This document shows positions 47,801-57,032 of a stretch of 61,505 nucleotides of DNA, piece after piece. A program made the translations under genes and the position numbers. This DNA is from Draconibacterium orientale (GTDB lineage Bacteria > Bacteroidota > Bacteroidia > Bacteroidales > FEN-979). The first letter of the stretch is position 1, and each line of letters begins with the position of its first letter. Under the pieces are notes generated by a model. The model made no database searches, was not told the DNA's origin, and saw only the letters and a program-made list of their open reading frames with translations. The DNA is taken from the NCBI GenBank assembly GCA_020718225.1, contig DYSO01000003.1, positions 1 to 61,505 on the forward strand, given 5' to 3'.

Positions 47801-49003
47801 ATGACAACACTCGCAAACCGGATCCAATATCTGTCTGAAAGTGAAACCCTGGCCATGTCGCGCAAAAGCCGTGAATTAAAGGCAGAAGGCCACGATGTAA
47901 TCAATCTCAGTTTGGGGGAACCCGATTTCCACACCCCGGATTATATTAAACAGGCTGCCAAAGAAGCCATCGACCAAAATTTTACCTTTTATTCTCCGGT
48001 TGCCGGTTATGAAGATCTTCGAAAGGCAATTTGCATTAAATTGAAACGCGACAACAACCTTGATTACGATTGCAATCAGATTGTGGTATCTACCGGCGCC
48101 AAGCAATCAATAGCCAATGTTATGCTCAGCCTGGTCAATCCCGGCGATGAAGTACTGGTGCCTACCCCCTACTGGGTTTCTTACAAAGAGATTATCAAGG
48201 TTGCCGAAGGAAAATCGGTTTTTATTCCGGCCACCATCGAAAATAATTTTAAAGTTACCCCAAAACAACTCGAAGAGGCCATAACTCCAAAAACCCGGGT
48301 TATGATTTTCAGTTCGCCATGCAATCCTACCGGTTCGGTCTACACACGGGAAGAACTGCTGAGAATAGCCGAAGTCATGGTAAAATATCCTCAGGTCACC
48401 ATTATTGCTGACGAAATATACGAACATATCAATTTCATCGGGAAACACGAAAGTATCTGTCAGTTCGGATTCATAAAAGATCAGGTGGTTTTGGTAAACG
48501 GCGTTTCCAAGGGTTACGCAATGACCGGCTGGCGTATTGGTTTTATCGCTGCTCCCCTGTCCATTGCAAAAGCATGTGATAAACTTCAGGGGCAGTTTAC
48601 ATCGGGGGCTTCCTCCATTGCCCAACGGGCATCCCTGAAGGCGTTCATTACCGAACCAAATGCCACTCCCGACATGAAAACGATGCAACTCGCTTTCCGG
48701 GAACGTCGTGATCTGATGTTAAAACTTCTTTCTGAAATTCCCGGTATGAGATTGAACCATCCCGACGGGGCGTTCTATATTTTCCCAGACATATCCTGGT
48801 ATTTCGGAAAATCAGACGGTACAACTACCATCAATAACAGCAACGATTTATGTATGTATCTTTTAAATAAAGTCTTTGTGGCGCTTGTGCCCGGAGATGC
48901 TTTTGGCGACCCCCGTTGCATCCGCTTCAGCTACGCCACCAGTAAGGAAAAACTGACTGAAGCAGCCAAACGGATCAAGGAGGCGCTTTCCCAATTAAAC
49001 TAA
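47801..49003 (+). CDS. aspC: PLP-dependent class I aminotransferase (aspartate aminotransferase-like)
   Basis: LSLGEPDF, GAKQS, PCNPTG, DEIYE, NGVSKGYAMTGWRIG, IRFSYA. Confidence 0.93.
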   Translation: MTTLANRIQYLSESETLAMSRKSRELKAEGHDVINLSLGEPDFHTPDYIKQAAKEAIDQNFTFYSPVAGYEDLRKAICIKLKRDNNLDYDCNQIVVSTGAKQSIANVMLSLVNPGDEVLVPTPYWVSYKEIIKVAEGKSVFIPATIENNFKVTPKQLEEAITPKTRVMIFSSPCNPTGSVYTREELLRIAEVMVKYPQVTIIADEIYEHINFIGKHESICQFGFIKDQVVLVNGVSKGYAMTGWRIGFIAAPLSIAKACDKLQGQFTSGASSIAQRASLKAFITEPNATPDMKTMQLAFRERRDLMLKLLSEIPGMRLNHPDGAFYIFPDISWYFGKSDGTTTINNSNDLCMYLLNKVFVALVPGDAFGDPRCIRFSYATSKEKLTEAAKRIKEALSQLN

Positions 49004-49116
49004 ACATCCTGCATCCGGGGTTGGTTTGGTACATCGGATTTCATTAAAATGCATCATATCCCTGATAAAGAGACATCATTATACGTCATTACTTGAAAAA
49101 TTAAATAAAAAACCAT

Positions 49117-50907
49117 ATGAAAATCAGTAAAAAATTAGAAAAATGGGTAAATGACTGGGCTGCCATTTGCCAACCCGATGTCATTCACTGGTGTGACGGA
49201 TCAGAAGAGGAAAACCAACGGCTGCTTGACATTGCCGTGAAAACAGGCGCTGCCATCAAATTGGATGATTCCAAACGTCCGAACAGCTATTATTTTCAAA
49301 GCGATCCAAGTGATGTTGCCCGTGTCGAAAACCGTACCTTCATCTGCTCCGAAAAAGAGGAAGATGCCGGCCCCACCAACAACTGGATGGCCCCTGCGGA
49401 AATGAAAAGAATTCTCCTCGCAGAGTTCACCGGGAGTATGAAAGGAAGGACATTGTATGTAATCCCTTTCAGTATGGGCCCCCTTGGTTCCAACATTGCC
49501 AAAATCGGAATTCAGATAACCGATTCAATCTACGTTGTGACCAATATGCGAATCATGACCCGTATGGGGAAAGAGGTGCTTGATGTTTTGGGCGATGGTG
49601 ATTTTATCCCATGCATGCATTCTGTCGGCGCTCCTCTCGAATCAGGTCAACAAGATGCAAAATGGCCCTGTGCGCCCATTGAGAAGAAATTCATCTCCCA
49701 TTTTCCCGACACCAACGAAATTTGGTCATTTGGAAGTGGTTATGGAGGAAATGCCCTGCTTGGGAAAAAATGCCTTGCCCTCAGGATTGCCTCTGCCATG
49801 GCACACCGGGAAGGGTGGCTGGCAGAACATATGCTTATCATGGGAATTACCAACCCGCAGGGAAAAAAGCACTACATCGCTGCCGCATTTCCAAGCGCTT
49901 GTGGAAAAACCAACCTGGCCATGCTAATACCCAGCCTACCCGGGTGGAAAGTTGAAACCGTGGGTGATGATATCGCCTGGATGAAGTTCGGCAACGACGG
50001 TAAACTCTATGCCATCAACCCGGAAGCAGGCTTTTTTGGCGTAGCCCCTTATACCTCCATGGAGACCAATCCCAACGCCATGTTATCCTGTCGGGCCAAC
50101 ACCATCTTCACCAATACAGCCCTTACCCCCGACGGAGATATCTGGTGGGAAGGGATTGGACAGGATATTCCCGACGGGACCATTACCTGGACCAATGAGT
50201 TATACGATAAGGCAAATGGGAAACCCGCGGCCAACCCAAATGCCCGGTTTACGGCGCCCGCACGGGAATGCCCGGTGATTGACCCGGATTGGGAAAACCC
50301 CAAAGGGGTGCCCATCTCCGCTTTTCTCTTCGGAGGCCGTCGTCCGGGAACAGTACCCCTGGTTTATCAGGCTTTTAACTGGAACCACGGCGTTTTTCTG
50401 GGATCCATCGTAGGTTCGGAAGTCACAGCAGCTGCCATTGGCCTGAAAGCAGGAGTACGCCGCGATCCGTTTGCGATGCTCCCTTTCTGTGGATATCACA
50501 TGGGCGACTATTTTGGACATTGGGTGAACATCGGTGAAAAGGCTCCGGATAAATCAAAATTACCGCTGATTTTCAATGTCAACTGGTTCCGGAAAGGGCC
50601 CGATGGGAAATTCCTATGGCCCGGCTATGGCGATAACATCCGTGTTCTGCAATGGGTCATCGAAAGAGTGGAAGGAACGGCCTCCGCCGTTGAAACACCC
50701 ATCGGCTTTGTCCCCGAAAAATCATCCATTGACCTGACAGGGCTCCCCGACGTTATCGATCAAATGGAAGCCATCCTTAAAGTTGAAAAAGAGGATTGGT
50801 GCCATGAATGTGACTTGATTGCAGAACATCAGAAAATTTTTGGCGACCGACTGCCGGAAGAGATGAAAAACCAGTTTGAACTGTTGAAAAAAAGGTTTGG
50901 AGTTTAA
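49117..50907 (+). CDS. pckG: GTP-dependent phosphoenolpyruvate carboxykinase
   Basis: [80 protein letters not shown]. Confidence 0.96.
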   Translation: MKISKKLEKWVNDWAAICQPDVIHWCDGSEEENQRLLDIAVKTGAAIKLDDSKRPNSYYFQSDPSDVARVENRTFICSEKEEDAGPTNNWMAPAEMKRILLAEFTGSMKGRTLYVIPFSMGPLGSNIAKIGIQITDSIYVVTNMRIMTRMGKEVLDVLGDGDFIPCMHSVGAPLESGQQDAKWPCAPIEKKFISHFPDTNEIWSFGSGYGGNALLGKKCLALRIASAMAHREGWLAEHMLIMGITNPQGKKHYIAAAFPSACGKTNLAMLIPSLPGWKVETVGDDIAWMKFGNDGKLYAINPEAGFFGVAPYTSMETNPNAMLSCRANTIFTNTALTPDGDIWWEGIGQDIPDGTITWTNELYDKANGKPAANPNARFTAPARECPVIDPDWENPKGVPISAFLFGGRRPGTVPLVYQAFNWNHGVFLGSIVGSEVTAAAIGLKAGVRRDPFAMLPFCGYHMGDYFGHWVNIGEKAPDKSKLPLIFNVNWFRKGPDGKFLWPGYGDNIRVLQWVIERVEGTASAVETPIGFVPEKSSIDLTGLPDVIDQMEAILKVEKEDWCHECDLIAEHQKIFGDRLPEEMKNQFELLKKRFGV

Positions 50908-50950
50908 CAAGTTGGACAGGTTGGACGGGTTAAAATTTTTGTGGTTTGTA
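50907..50950 (+). repeat. 9-bp unit repeat ACAAGTTGG ACAGGTTGG ACGGGTTA followed by ATTTTTGTGGTTTGTA
   Basis: Same unit and same 16-nt tail as at 30948-31016. Confidence 0.75.
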
Positions 50951-50951
50951 G

Positions 50952-51509
50952 ATGTCTGAGGAGTTTAAAATTTATACCAAAGGTGGCGACAAGGGGGAAA
51001 CCTCCCTGCTGGGGGGTACCCGTGTTGCCAAAAGCCATGATCGTGTTGAGGCTTATGGCAATCTCGACGAATTAAACAGTTTCATCGGGCTTATCCGGGA
51101 TCAGGATATCGATCCTCATTACCGCAGGATTCTTATCACCATCCAGGAACACCTTTTTATCGCCGAAGCATTGATAGCCCGCGACCCGGATGTAACGACA
51201 AAGGATTTACCACAGTTGAACGAGGAGATCGTGACACTTCTCGAACAGGAAATAGATTCCATGAATGAACCCCTTCCCCCCTTACGAAATTTTATTCTTC
51301 CGGGGGGGCATACCACGGTCTCGCATTGCCATGTTGCACGCACCGTTTGCCGTCGGGTCGAACGGTCCCTAATCCGCCTGAACATGACCAGCCCTGTGGA
51401 GGAAATAATAATTCGCTTTTTGAACCGTTTATCCGATTACCTTTTTGTGTTAGCGCGAAAAACGGGTCATGATCTCGGAGCAAAAGAAACACACTGGAGA
51501 CCATTGTAA
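50952..51509 (+). CDS. pduO: PduO-type cob(I)alamin adenosyltransferase
   Basis: KIYTKGGDKGETSL, EAYG.LDELNS, FILPGG, ARTVCRR.ER, LNRLSDYLF. Confidence 0.94.
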   Translation: MSEEFKIYTKGGDKGETSLLGGTRVAKSHDRVEAYGNLDELNSFIGLIRDQDIDPHYRRILITIQEHLFIAEALIARDPDVTTKDLPQLNEEIVTLLEQEIDSMNEPLPPLRNFILPGGHTTVSHCHVARTVCRRVERSLIRLNMTSPVEEIIIRFLNRLSDYLFVLARKTGHDLGAKETHWRPL

Positions 51510-51560
51510 TTTTGATTTCTTTTTTTATACTTTTGCAGGAATTAACCAAAACTCATAAAA

Positions 51561-51782
51561 ATGTACTGGACACTCGAATTGGCTTCAAAACTGGAAGACG
51601 CTCCCTGGCCTGCTACCAAGGATGAGTTGGTCGATTGGGCGATCCGGTCCGGGGCGCCACAGGAAGTAATTGAAAATTTAAAAGAGATCGAAGACGAAGG
51701 TGAATCTTATGAGCGAATAGAAGACATCTGGCCCGATTATCCAACCAAAGACGATTTCTTCTTTCACGAAGATGAATATTAA
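51561..51782 (+). CDS. DUF2795 small acidic protein
   Basis: MYWTLELASKLEDAPWPATKDEL...IEDIWPDYP..DDFFF.EDEY, a near-invariant Bacteroidota family; -7 element TACTTTTG at 51528-51535. Confidence 0.9.
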   Translation: MYWTLELASKLEDAPWPATKDELVDWAIRSGAPQEVIENLKEIEDEGESYERIEDIWPDYPTKDDFFFHEDEY

Positions 51783-51871
51783 AATCAACTCCTTTCTGCA
51801 AATGATTTTACAATAATCATCAGCAAACCAATCCGCTTTTCGGAATGGTCTCAAAATTCTCCATTTACGAT

Positions 51872-52402
51872 TTATTCAAAAAAGGAAAAATGTACACTCC
51901 CGTAATTACGCATTTGTGTAAAGTTCGGATGCTGGTTGAATTGATACCGGGAGGAGTGTTCGAATATAAATAACCCTTGAGGGGCCAGCAACCCAGAACC
52001 CAGAACAAGATCAGGGATATCTGATATCCTGTCAAGATCGTAGGGAGGATCAGCAAAAATCAGGTTATAGGAGGCTTCCATGTGTTTTAAAAAGACAAAC
52101 ACATTGGATTTGACAGCCTGCAAGTTGGTTATCCCAAAGGATGCGGCGCTTTTTTTCAAAAAACCAATACACCGGGGATTGGCATCTATCGACATAACAC
52201 TCATGGCGCCACGGGAAATAAACTCAAAAGAGATACTCCCGGTCCCTGTAAAAAGATCCAGTACAACCAGCGATTCAAAATCAACCAGGTTGCTGATCAC
52301 ATTAAATAATCCCTCCTTTGCAAAGTCGGTGGTTGGCCGTACCGGCAAATTGACCGGTGGCTGAAGCCTTCTTCCCCTGAATGTTCCGCTTATAATCCGC
52401 AT
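51872..52402 (-). CDS. rsmD: 16S rRNA m2G966 methyltransferase RsmD
   Basis: MRIISG.FRGR, RPTTD..KE.LFN, LDLFTGTG, FADPPY, EH, R.YG. Confidence 0.94.
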   Translation of the reverse strand: MRIISGTFRGRRLQPPVNLPVRPTTDFAKEGLFNVISNLVDFESLVVLDLFTGTGSISFEFISRGAMSVMSIDANPRCIGFLKKSAASFGITNLQAVKSNVFVFLKHMEASYNLIFADPPYDLDRISDIPDLVLGSGLLAPQGLFIFEHSSRYQFNQHPNFTQMRNYGSVHFSFFE

Positions 52403-53283
52403 GCCTGAAAATTTAACAATGGAAAATAAAATTGCGGCGGAACCTGGTTTAATATATGACTGTATTTAAAAGCGTCATTCCTGCGTGCAAATTCTACATG
52501 ACGGACATATTTGAAGAGTAAGTCAAAAAGAGGTGAATTCTTTTCAATATTCCCCAATAAAACCATAGGTATCGTTTCCGGGTTGTGGTTCAATTGTTCC
52601 ATTACAAAAATCAGATAATAGGCAATGTCATCCCGGTTCTGATAAGCAAAAGAATTAAAATAACTCATCTGCCGACCGTCAAATATCATCAGATCGATCA
52701 TGTTATCCCGAATATGGAGGAAAACCCTGTTGGTATTGATCCTGTTTTTATAATTAATCCAGATACTTTCGATAAGTACGCTGGAAAAATGGACCAATCC
52801 GACAGAAGGGTAATGCGATTTGATGGAATTTAAAACCGGGGCCGGCACAGAATAAACATGTTGGATATCCAATGGGATTAAATGGTCAGAAAAAGTTTTT
52901 TCATCCTGGCTGCCCGAAAAGCCAAACTGTAAATAATGGTCCCGTTCTTTGACATCAAAAAGCAGTGAAGGGATCAGCGTTGATTTTTTTCCCTCGTAAG
53001 CAATCCGGATGGTTTTATACTGATTTTTCAACCAGGGCATGGCGCTGAAAGCGCTTTTCAGAAAATCTTCAAAAGAAGGCTTTATGGCCTGGGCGCCATG
53101 GGAAGAGGTCAAATCATTCTTTTTAATCTGTTGGATACAAAGATATTTGTTCCGTATAAAATCGAGAACGGCATAGGAAAAACCACCCTCTCCGAAAACC
53201 AATGAAAGTCCGTAATTTCTGGTTTCCTGAATATTAAACGACTCATCCAGCTTATTGATAACAACAGTAAAAAGATCGGCCAT
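52390..53283 (-). CDS. DUF3822-family conserved protein
   Basis: TLIPS.LFD, N.F......D..YYL.FV..QL; conserved position upstream of rsmD in Bacteroidota. Confidence 0.75.
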   Translation of the reverse strand: MADLFTVVINKLDESFNIQETRNYGLSLVFGEGGFSYAVLDFIRNKYLCIQQIKKNDLTSSHGAQAIKPSFEDFLKSAFSAMPWLKNQYKTIRIAYEGKKSTLIPSLLFDVKERDHYLQFGFSGSQDEKTFSDHLIPLDIQHVYSVPAPVLNSIKSHYPSVGLVHFSSVLIESIWINYKNRINTNRVFLHIRDNMIDLMIFDGRQMSYFNSFAYQNRDDIAYYLIFVMEQLNHNPETIPMVLLGNIEKNSPLFDLLFKYVRHVEFARRNDAFKYSHILNQVPPQFYFPLLNFQACGL

Positions 53284-53292
53284 TTTTGGGAT

Positions 53293-54564
53293 TTAAACAA
53301 TTAACGCCATCACTATAGTCACTACAATGATAAGAAGAAAACCTGAAATAAGAAAAGGACGGCCATTCCCGGAGGTAAAAAAACAGCCGTAAACCATTTT
53401 GAGCGCATTGTTGCTAATGATGGCCTGTAGGGTGGCCAATGCTACTACATCCATGGGGACCCCGTATTTACCCTGAAATAAATTAATCAGGAAAGGATCA
53501 ATATCGGTCAGCCCGACAATGAACGACAAAACATTCAACCCCGGGGCCCCAAAGCGATCCAATACCTCAAAAGTGATAAAAGTGAAAACAATGTAGAGGG
53601 TTGTAAAAATCAGCGCTACCTTAAATTCCAACGGGTTTGTTCCCGACTTTAATCCCTCATCGTGCGTGGCAATCAGCTTGTTCCTGTAAAAAAGAACAAC
53701 CATTCCGGTGGCAACCGAAAACAGAAAAAGAATCAGAAAAAAGTGCCAGACTTGCAGAAATAAGGGCTGGCTGAAAATCAGGATCAGGATCAGGATCCGC
53801 AAATACATCATGGCTGTGGCAAAAATAATACCGGCCATATACTGGTTTATGTGATCGGGTTCAATCTTGCTTTTTCGAGCCAATATAATGGTAGTGGCAG
53901 TACTCGAATATAAACCACCCAAAATCCCTGAAAGAACAATGCTCGCATTGGTGAAAACAAATTTCTTCAATAAATAGCTGAAATAGGATATCGTGGAAAT
54001 CACAACAACGGCCAGCCAGATTTTATAGGGTGTCAGACTAAGTCCCCTGACAATGGGCGTGTCGGGCAAAACAGGAAGGATAACCCCTGCAATAATCAGG
54101 AATTTAGCCAGCGTAATAAATTCGTACCTGTCGAACTTCCTGGAAATTGTTGCAAATGTCTCTTTCAATTCCGAGAAAATAAGCAATGTAACAACAATAA
54201 GCAAAACCATCCATAAGGGCTGGGTCATAATAAGGGGCCCCAGGCAATAGGTGATCAGGGCAATAAAAATAGTAGTAGCGCCATATTCTTTATAATCGCG
54301 GATATGATAATAATACGAAATTCCCATAACCAGCGACAGGACGAGTCCACCTCCCATAAAAAGGAGCGCGTTTCTCGTGTCGAGCAGGAAAAGGATAAAA
54401 CCAAGGATACCAATAAAAGTAAAGGTCCGGTCGGTGCCAAAAGTCCGGCTGATCTCCTGTGTCTGGCTGTGAATTTGCCGTTGAGATAATCCAATCAGCA
54501 ACGAAAACAGAGTAACCAGTAACAAATTGATCAGATTGGAAGGAAGGGCGGTGATGAGTTCCAC
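53293..54564 (-). CDS. MgtC/SapB-family (DUF4010) polytopic membrane protein (GTG start)
   Basis: LIGL.....GTDRTF..IG.LG; ILPVLPD; IWL.VVVIS.ISY..Y; GGLYSSTATT; GLTDID. Confidence 0.85.
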   Translation of the reverse strand: MELITALPSNLINLLLVTLFSLLIGLSQRQIHSQTQEISRTFGTDRTFTFIGILGFILFLLDTRNALLFMGGGLVLSLVMGISYYYHIRDYKEYGATTIFIALITYCLGPLIMTQPLWMVLLIVVTLLIFSELKETFATISRKFDRYEFITLAKFLIIAGVILPVLPDTPIVRGLSLTPYKIWLAVVVISTISYFSYLLKKFVFTNASIVLSGILGGLYSSTATTIILARKSKIEPDHINQYMAGIIFATAMMYLRILILILIFSQPLFLQVWHFFLILFLFSVATGMVVLFYRNKLIATHDEGLKSGTNPLEFKVALIFTTLYIVFTFITFEVLDRFGAPGLNVLSFIVGLTDIDPFLINLFQGKYGVPMDVVALATLQAIISNNALKMVYGCFFTSGNGRPFLISGFLLIIVVTIVMALIV

Positions 54565-54574
54565 GGTATATAAT

Positions 54575-54630
54575 GATTTACGATTTACGATCTACGATCT
54601 ACGATTTACGATTTACGATTTACGATTTAG
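54575..54630. repeat. Eight-unit heptamer array GAT(T/C)TAC spanning the hsdR_N stop and the leader of the MgtC/DUF4010 gene
   Basis: GATTTAC x2, GATCTAC x2, GATTTAC x3, GATTTAG. Confidence 0.95.
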
Positions 54631-55080
54631 ACTGTCATACGTCGGGAGTTCTTTCAGAAAGGTGTATGTTCCCGATTGATGATCGATATGACAAACATAG
54701 TGGGTCATGCCGTTGGTCACTACCAGGTAGTTCACCAGAAGTTTCATATTGTACATTGCTACCTGATCGAAAACATCCTGGGTGATTTTTTTTGAAGGGG
54801 CTTTGCATTCAATTACCAGACAAGGTTTCCCATCGGAGGTATAAGCGAGGATGTCAAAACGCCTGGCCATCCGGTTCACGGTCAGAGATGCTTCGACCAC
54901 AATCAGCGAAGCAGGAAAACCCAATTGGGTAACCAATAGGTTACAAAAGTGCTGACGGACCCATTCTTCAGGTGTCAGCCGGACAAATTTCCTTCGAAAC
55001 GGATCGAAAATTTCCTTTTTCCCGTTGGCCATCTGTCGCACCTGAGGTGCAAATTCCGGTAAATTAAGTGGATGCATCAT
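54613..55080 (-). CDS. Stand-alone HsdR N-terminal-like (PD-(D/E)xK) domain protein
   Basis: IFD..RRKFV.LTPEEWVRQH, RFDIL, IECKAP, DQ.A.YN, TNG..H; conserved next to amn/holA in Bacteroidota. Confidence 0.88.
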   Translation of the reverse strand: MMHPLNLPEFAPQVRQMANGKKEIFDPFRRKFVRLTPEEWVRQHFCNLLVTQLGFPASLIVVEASLTVNRMARRFDILAYTSDGKPCLVIECKAPSKKITQDVFDQVAMYNMKLLVNYLVVTNGMTHYVCHIDHQSGTYTFLKELPTYDSLNRKS

Positions 55081-55090
55081 GGTTCAGGTA

Positions 55091-55141
55091 CAAACTTACG
55101 GAAAAAACAGGAAAATCGGATCGGATTATTGTGTATGTTTG
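55091..55141. promoter_or_regulatory. Divergent -7 elements: TAAGTTTG (minus, 55091-55098) and TATGTTTG (plus, 55134-55141)
   Basis: Both match TAnnTTTG and face their respective start codons. Confidence 0.6.
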
Positions 55142-55179
55142 TCTCAGAATTACACATCCGACAGGAAATAAAAATCGGC

Positions 55180-55953
55180 ATGAAGACAAAAAAGGAGATT
55201 GTTGACGACTGGTTGCCCCGATATACAGGGACAAATCTTGATGCGTTTGGGGATTTCATCCTGCTGACCAATTTTAACCGTTACCTTGAAATTTTTTCCA
55301 AATGGTACAATGTCCCGATTAATGGCCAGGATAAATCAATGCCCAGCGTAACCTATGGCCGCATTACCATGATTAATTTTGGCATGGGAAGTCCAAACGC
55401 AGCTACCATCATGGATCTGCTCAGCGCCATCAAGCCTAAAGCAGCGCTTTTTTTAGGCAAATGCGGAGGACTCAAAAAAAAATGCAAAGTTGGCGATATG
55501 ATCCTTCCGATTGCTTCTATCCGTGGAGATGGTATATCGGATGAGTATTTTCCCGAAAGAGTCCCTGCATTACCAGCGTTCAACCTTCAAAAAATTATAT
55601 CAGCGGTGATTTTAAACCACAGGAAAAATTACTGGACTGGTACGGTTTATACAACCAACCGCAGGGTATGGGAATACGACGAAAAATTTAAGGAATACCT
55701 TCGTATAACCAGAAGCATTGCCATTGACATGGAGACTGCAACTCTTTTTATGGTTGGTTTTTCGAATCACATTCCCACCGGTGCACTGCTCCTCGTATCC
55801 GATCAACCGATGATTTCCAGTGGGGTTAAAACACAGGTCAGTGATAAACGGGTTACGGAGAACTTTGCCGAAGAACACCTGAAAATCGGAGTAGATACCA
55901 TGAACGACCTGATCGAAAAAAAACTTCTGGTAAAACACCTGAGGTTCGATTAA
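55180..55953 (+). CDS. amn: AMP nucleosidase (start 55180 preferred over 55072)
   Basis: MKTKKEIVDDWLPRYTG, INFGMGSPNAA, FLGKCGG, YTTNRR.WE, DMETAT, LLVSD.P. Confidence 0.92.
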   Translation: MKTKKEIVDDWLPRYTGTNLDAFGDFILLTNFNRYLEIFSKWYNVPINGQDKSMPSVTYGRITMINFGMGSPNAATIMDLLSAIKPKAALFLGKCGGLKKKCKVGDMILPIASIRGDGISDEYFPERVPALPAFNLQKIISAVILNHRKNYWTGTVYTTNRRVWEYDEKFKEYLRITRSIAIDMETATLFMVGFSNHIPTGALLLVSDQPMISSGVKTQVSDKRVTENFAEEHLKIGVDTMNDLIEKKLLVKHLRFD

Positions 55954-55983
55954 TTCATAATTTGCCCATGCTGAATAGATCCT

Positions 55984-57006
55984 ATGGCAGGAAAAAGTGA
56001 AATCAGTTTTGATCATTTGATGAATAACCTGAAAAACAAGATATATCATCCGGTATATTTTTTTCATGGTGAAGAGCCCTATTTCATCGATATTCTGTCG
56101 GATTATATTGAAGACCATGTTTTAAACGATCTGGAAAAAGAGTTTAACCAGACCATCGTATATGGAAAAGACAGCAATGTTGCCACCATTGTGAGTTATG
56201 CCCGGCGCTACCCCATGATGGCCAATTACCAGGTGCTTATTGTTAAAGAAGCCCAGGACCTGGATAAGATCGAAGAGTTTCAGCCTTACATGGAAAACCC
56301 TCAAACTTCAACAATTCTGGTTTTATGTTACAAATACGTAAAATTCGATAAGCGAAAAGTACTCTGTAAAACAATTGAAAAAACAGGGATTATATTCGAA
56401 TCGCCCCGGTTTTATGAAAATAAAATCCCCGACTGGATCAATGAATACCTTCATCAGCGAAACTATACCATCCAGCCCAAAGCCGCTGCATTATTAACTG
56501 AATTTCTTGGGGCCGACCTGGGAAAAATTGTCAACGAAATTCAAAAATTACTGATCAGTTTAGCCCCGGGCGCTGAGGTCACCGAGGAAGTGGTTGAAAA
56601 AAATATTGGCATCAGCAAAGATTACAATGTGTTTGAACTGCAAAAAGCCCTTTCCCAACATGATATTGTTAAGGCAAACCGGATCATCCTCTATTTTGCT
56701 GCCAACCCCCGTGAAAATCCGTTGGTTAAAGTTGTACCCATTCTTTTTTCTTATTTTTCAAAGATATTGACCTTTCATTATCTCACCGATAAATCCCGAA
56801 ATTCGGTGGCATCAGCGCTGGGCATAAACCCATTTTTTGTTAACGATTTTCAGCTGGCAGCCCGGAATTTCCCAATCGGGCGCACGGTTCACACCATCTC
56901 CTTACTCCGGGAATACGACATGAAATCAAAAGGGGTTGAGAACAATGCTGCCTATGCCAGCGATGGAGAATTAATGAAAGAATTGATATTCAGGATATTG
57001 CATTAA
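55984..57006 (+). CDS. holA: DNA polymerase III subunit delta
   Basis: PVYFFHGEEPYFID, FNQT..YGKD, PMMA.YQV..VKEAQ, IGISKDYN.FEL, LREYD.KSKG. Confidence 0.94.
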   Translation: MAGKSEISFDHLMNNLKNKIYHPVYFFHGEEPYFIDILSDYIEDHVLNDLEKEFNQTIVYGKDSNVATIVSYARRYPMMANYQVLIVKEAQDLDKIEEFQPYMENPQTSTILVLCYKYVKFDKRKVLCKTIEKTGIIFESPRFYENKIPDWINEYLHQRNYTIQPKAAALLTEFLGADLGKIVNEIQKLLISLAPGAEVTEEVVEKNIGISKDYNVFELQKALSQHDIVKANRIILYFAANPRENPLVKVVPILFSYFSKILTFHYLTDKSRNSVASALGINPFFVNDFQLAARNFPIGRTVHTISLLREYDMKSKGVENNAAYASDGELMKELIFRILH

Positions 57007-57032
57007 TAATACCGTCTTGTTAAAGCGGTTTA

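Noticed and set aside
54613-55080. Type I restriction-modification or defence system
   Set aside because: Only the small stand-alone HsdR_N-like gene in its conserved housekeeping context; no hsdM, hsdS or helicase
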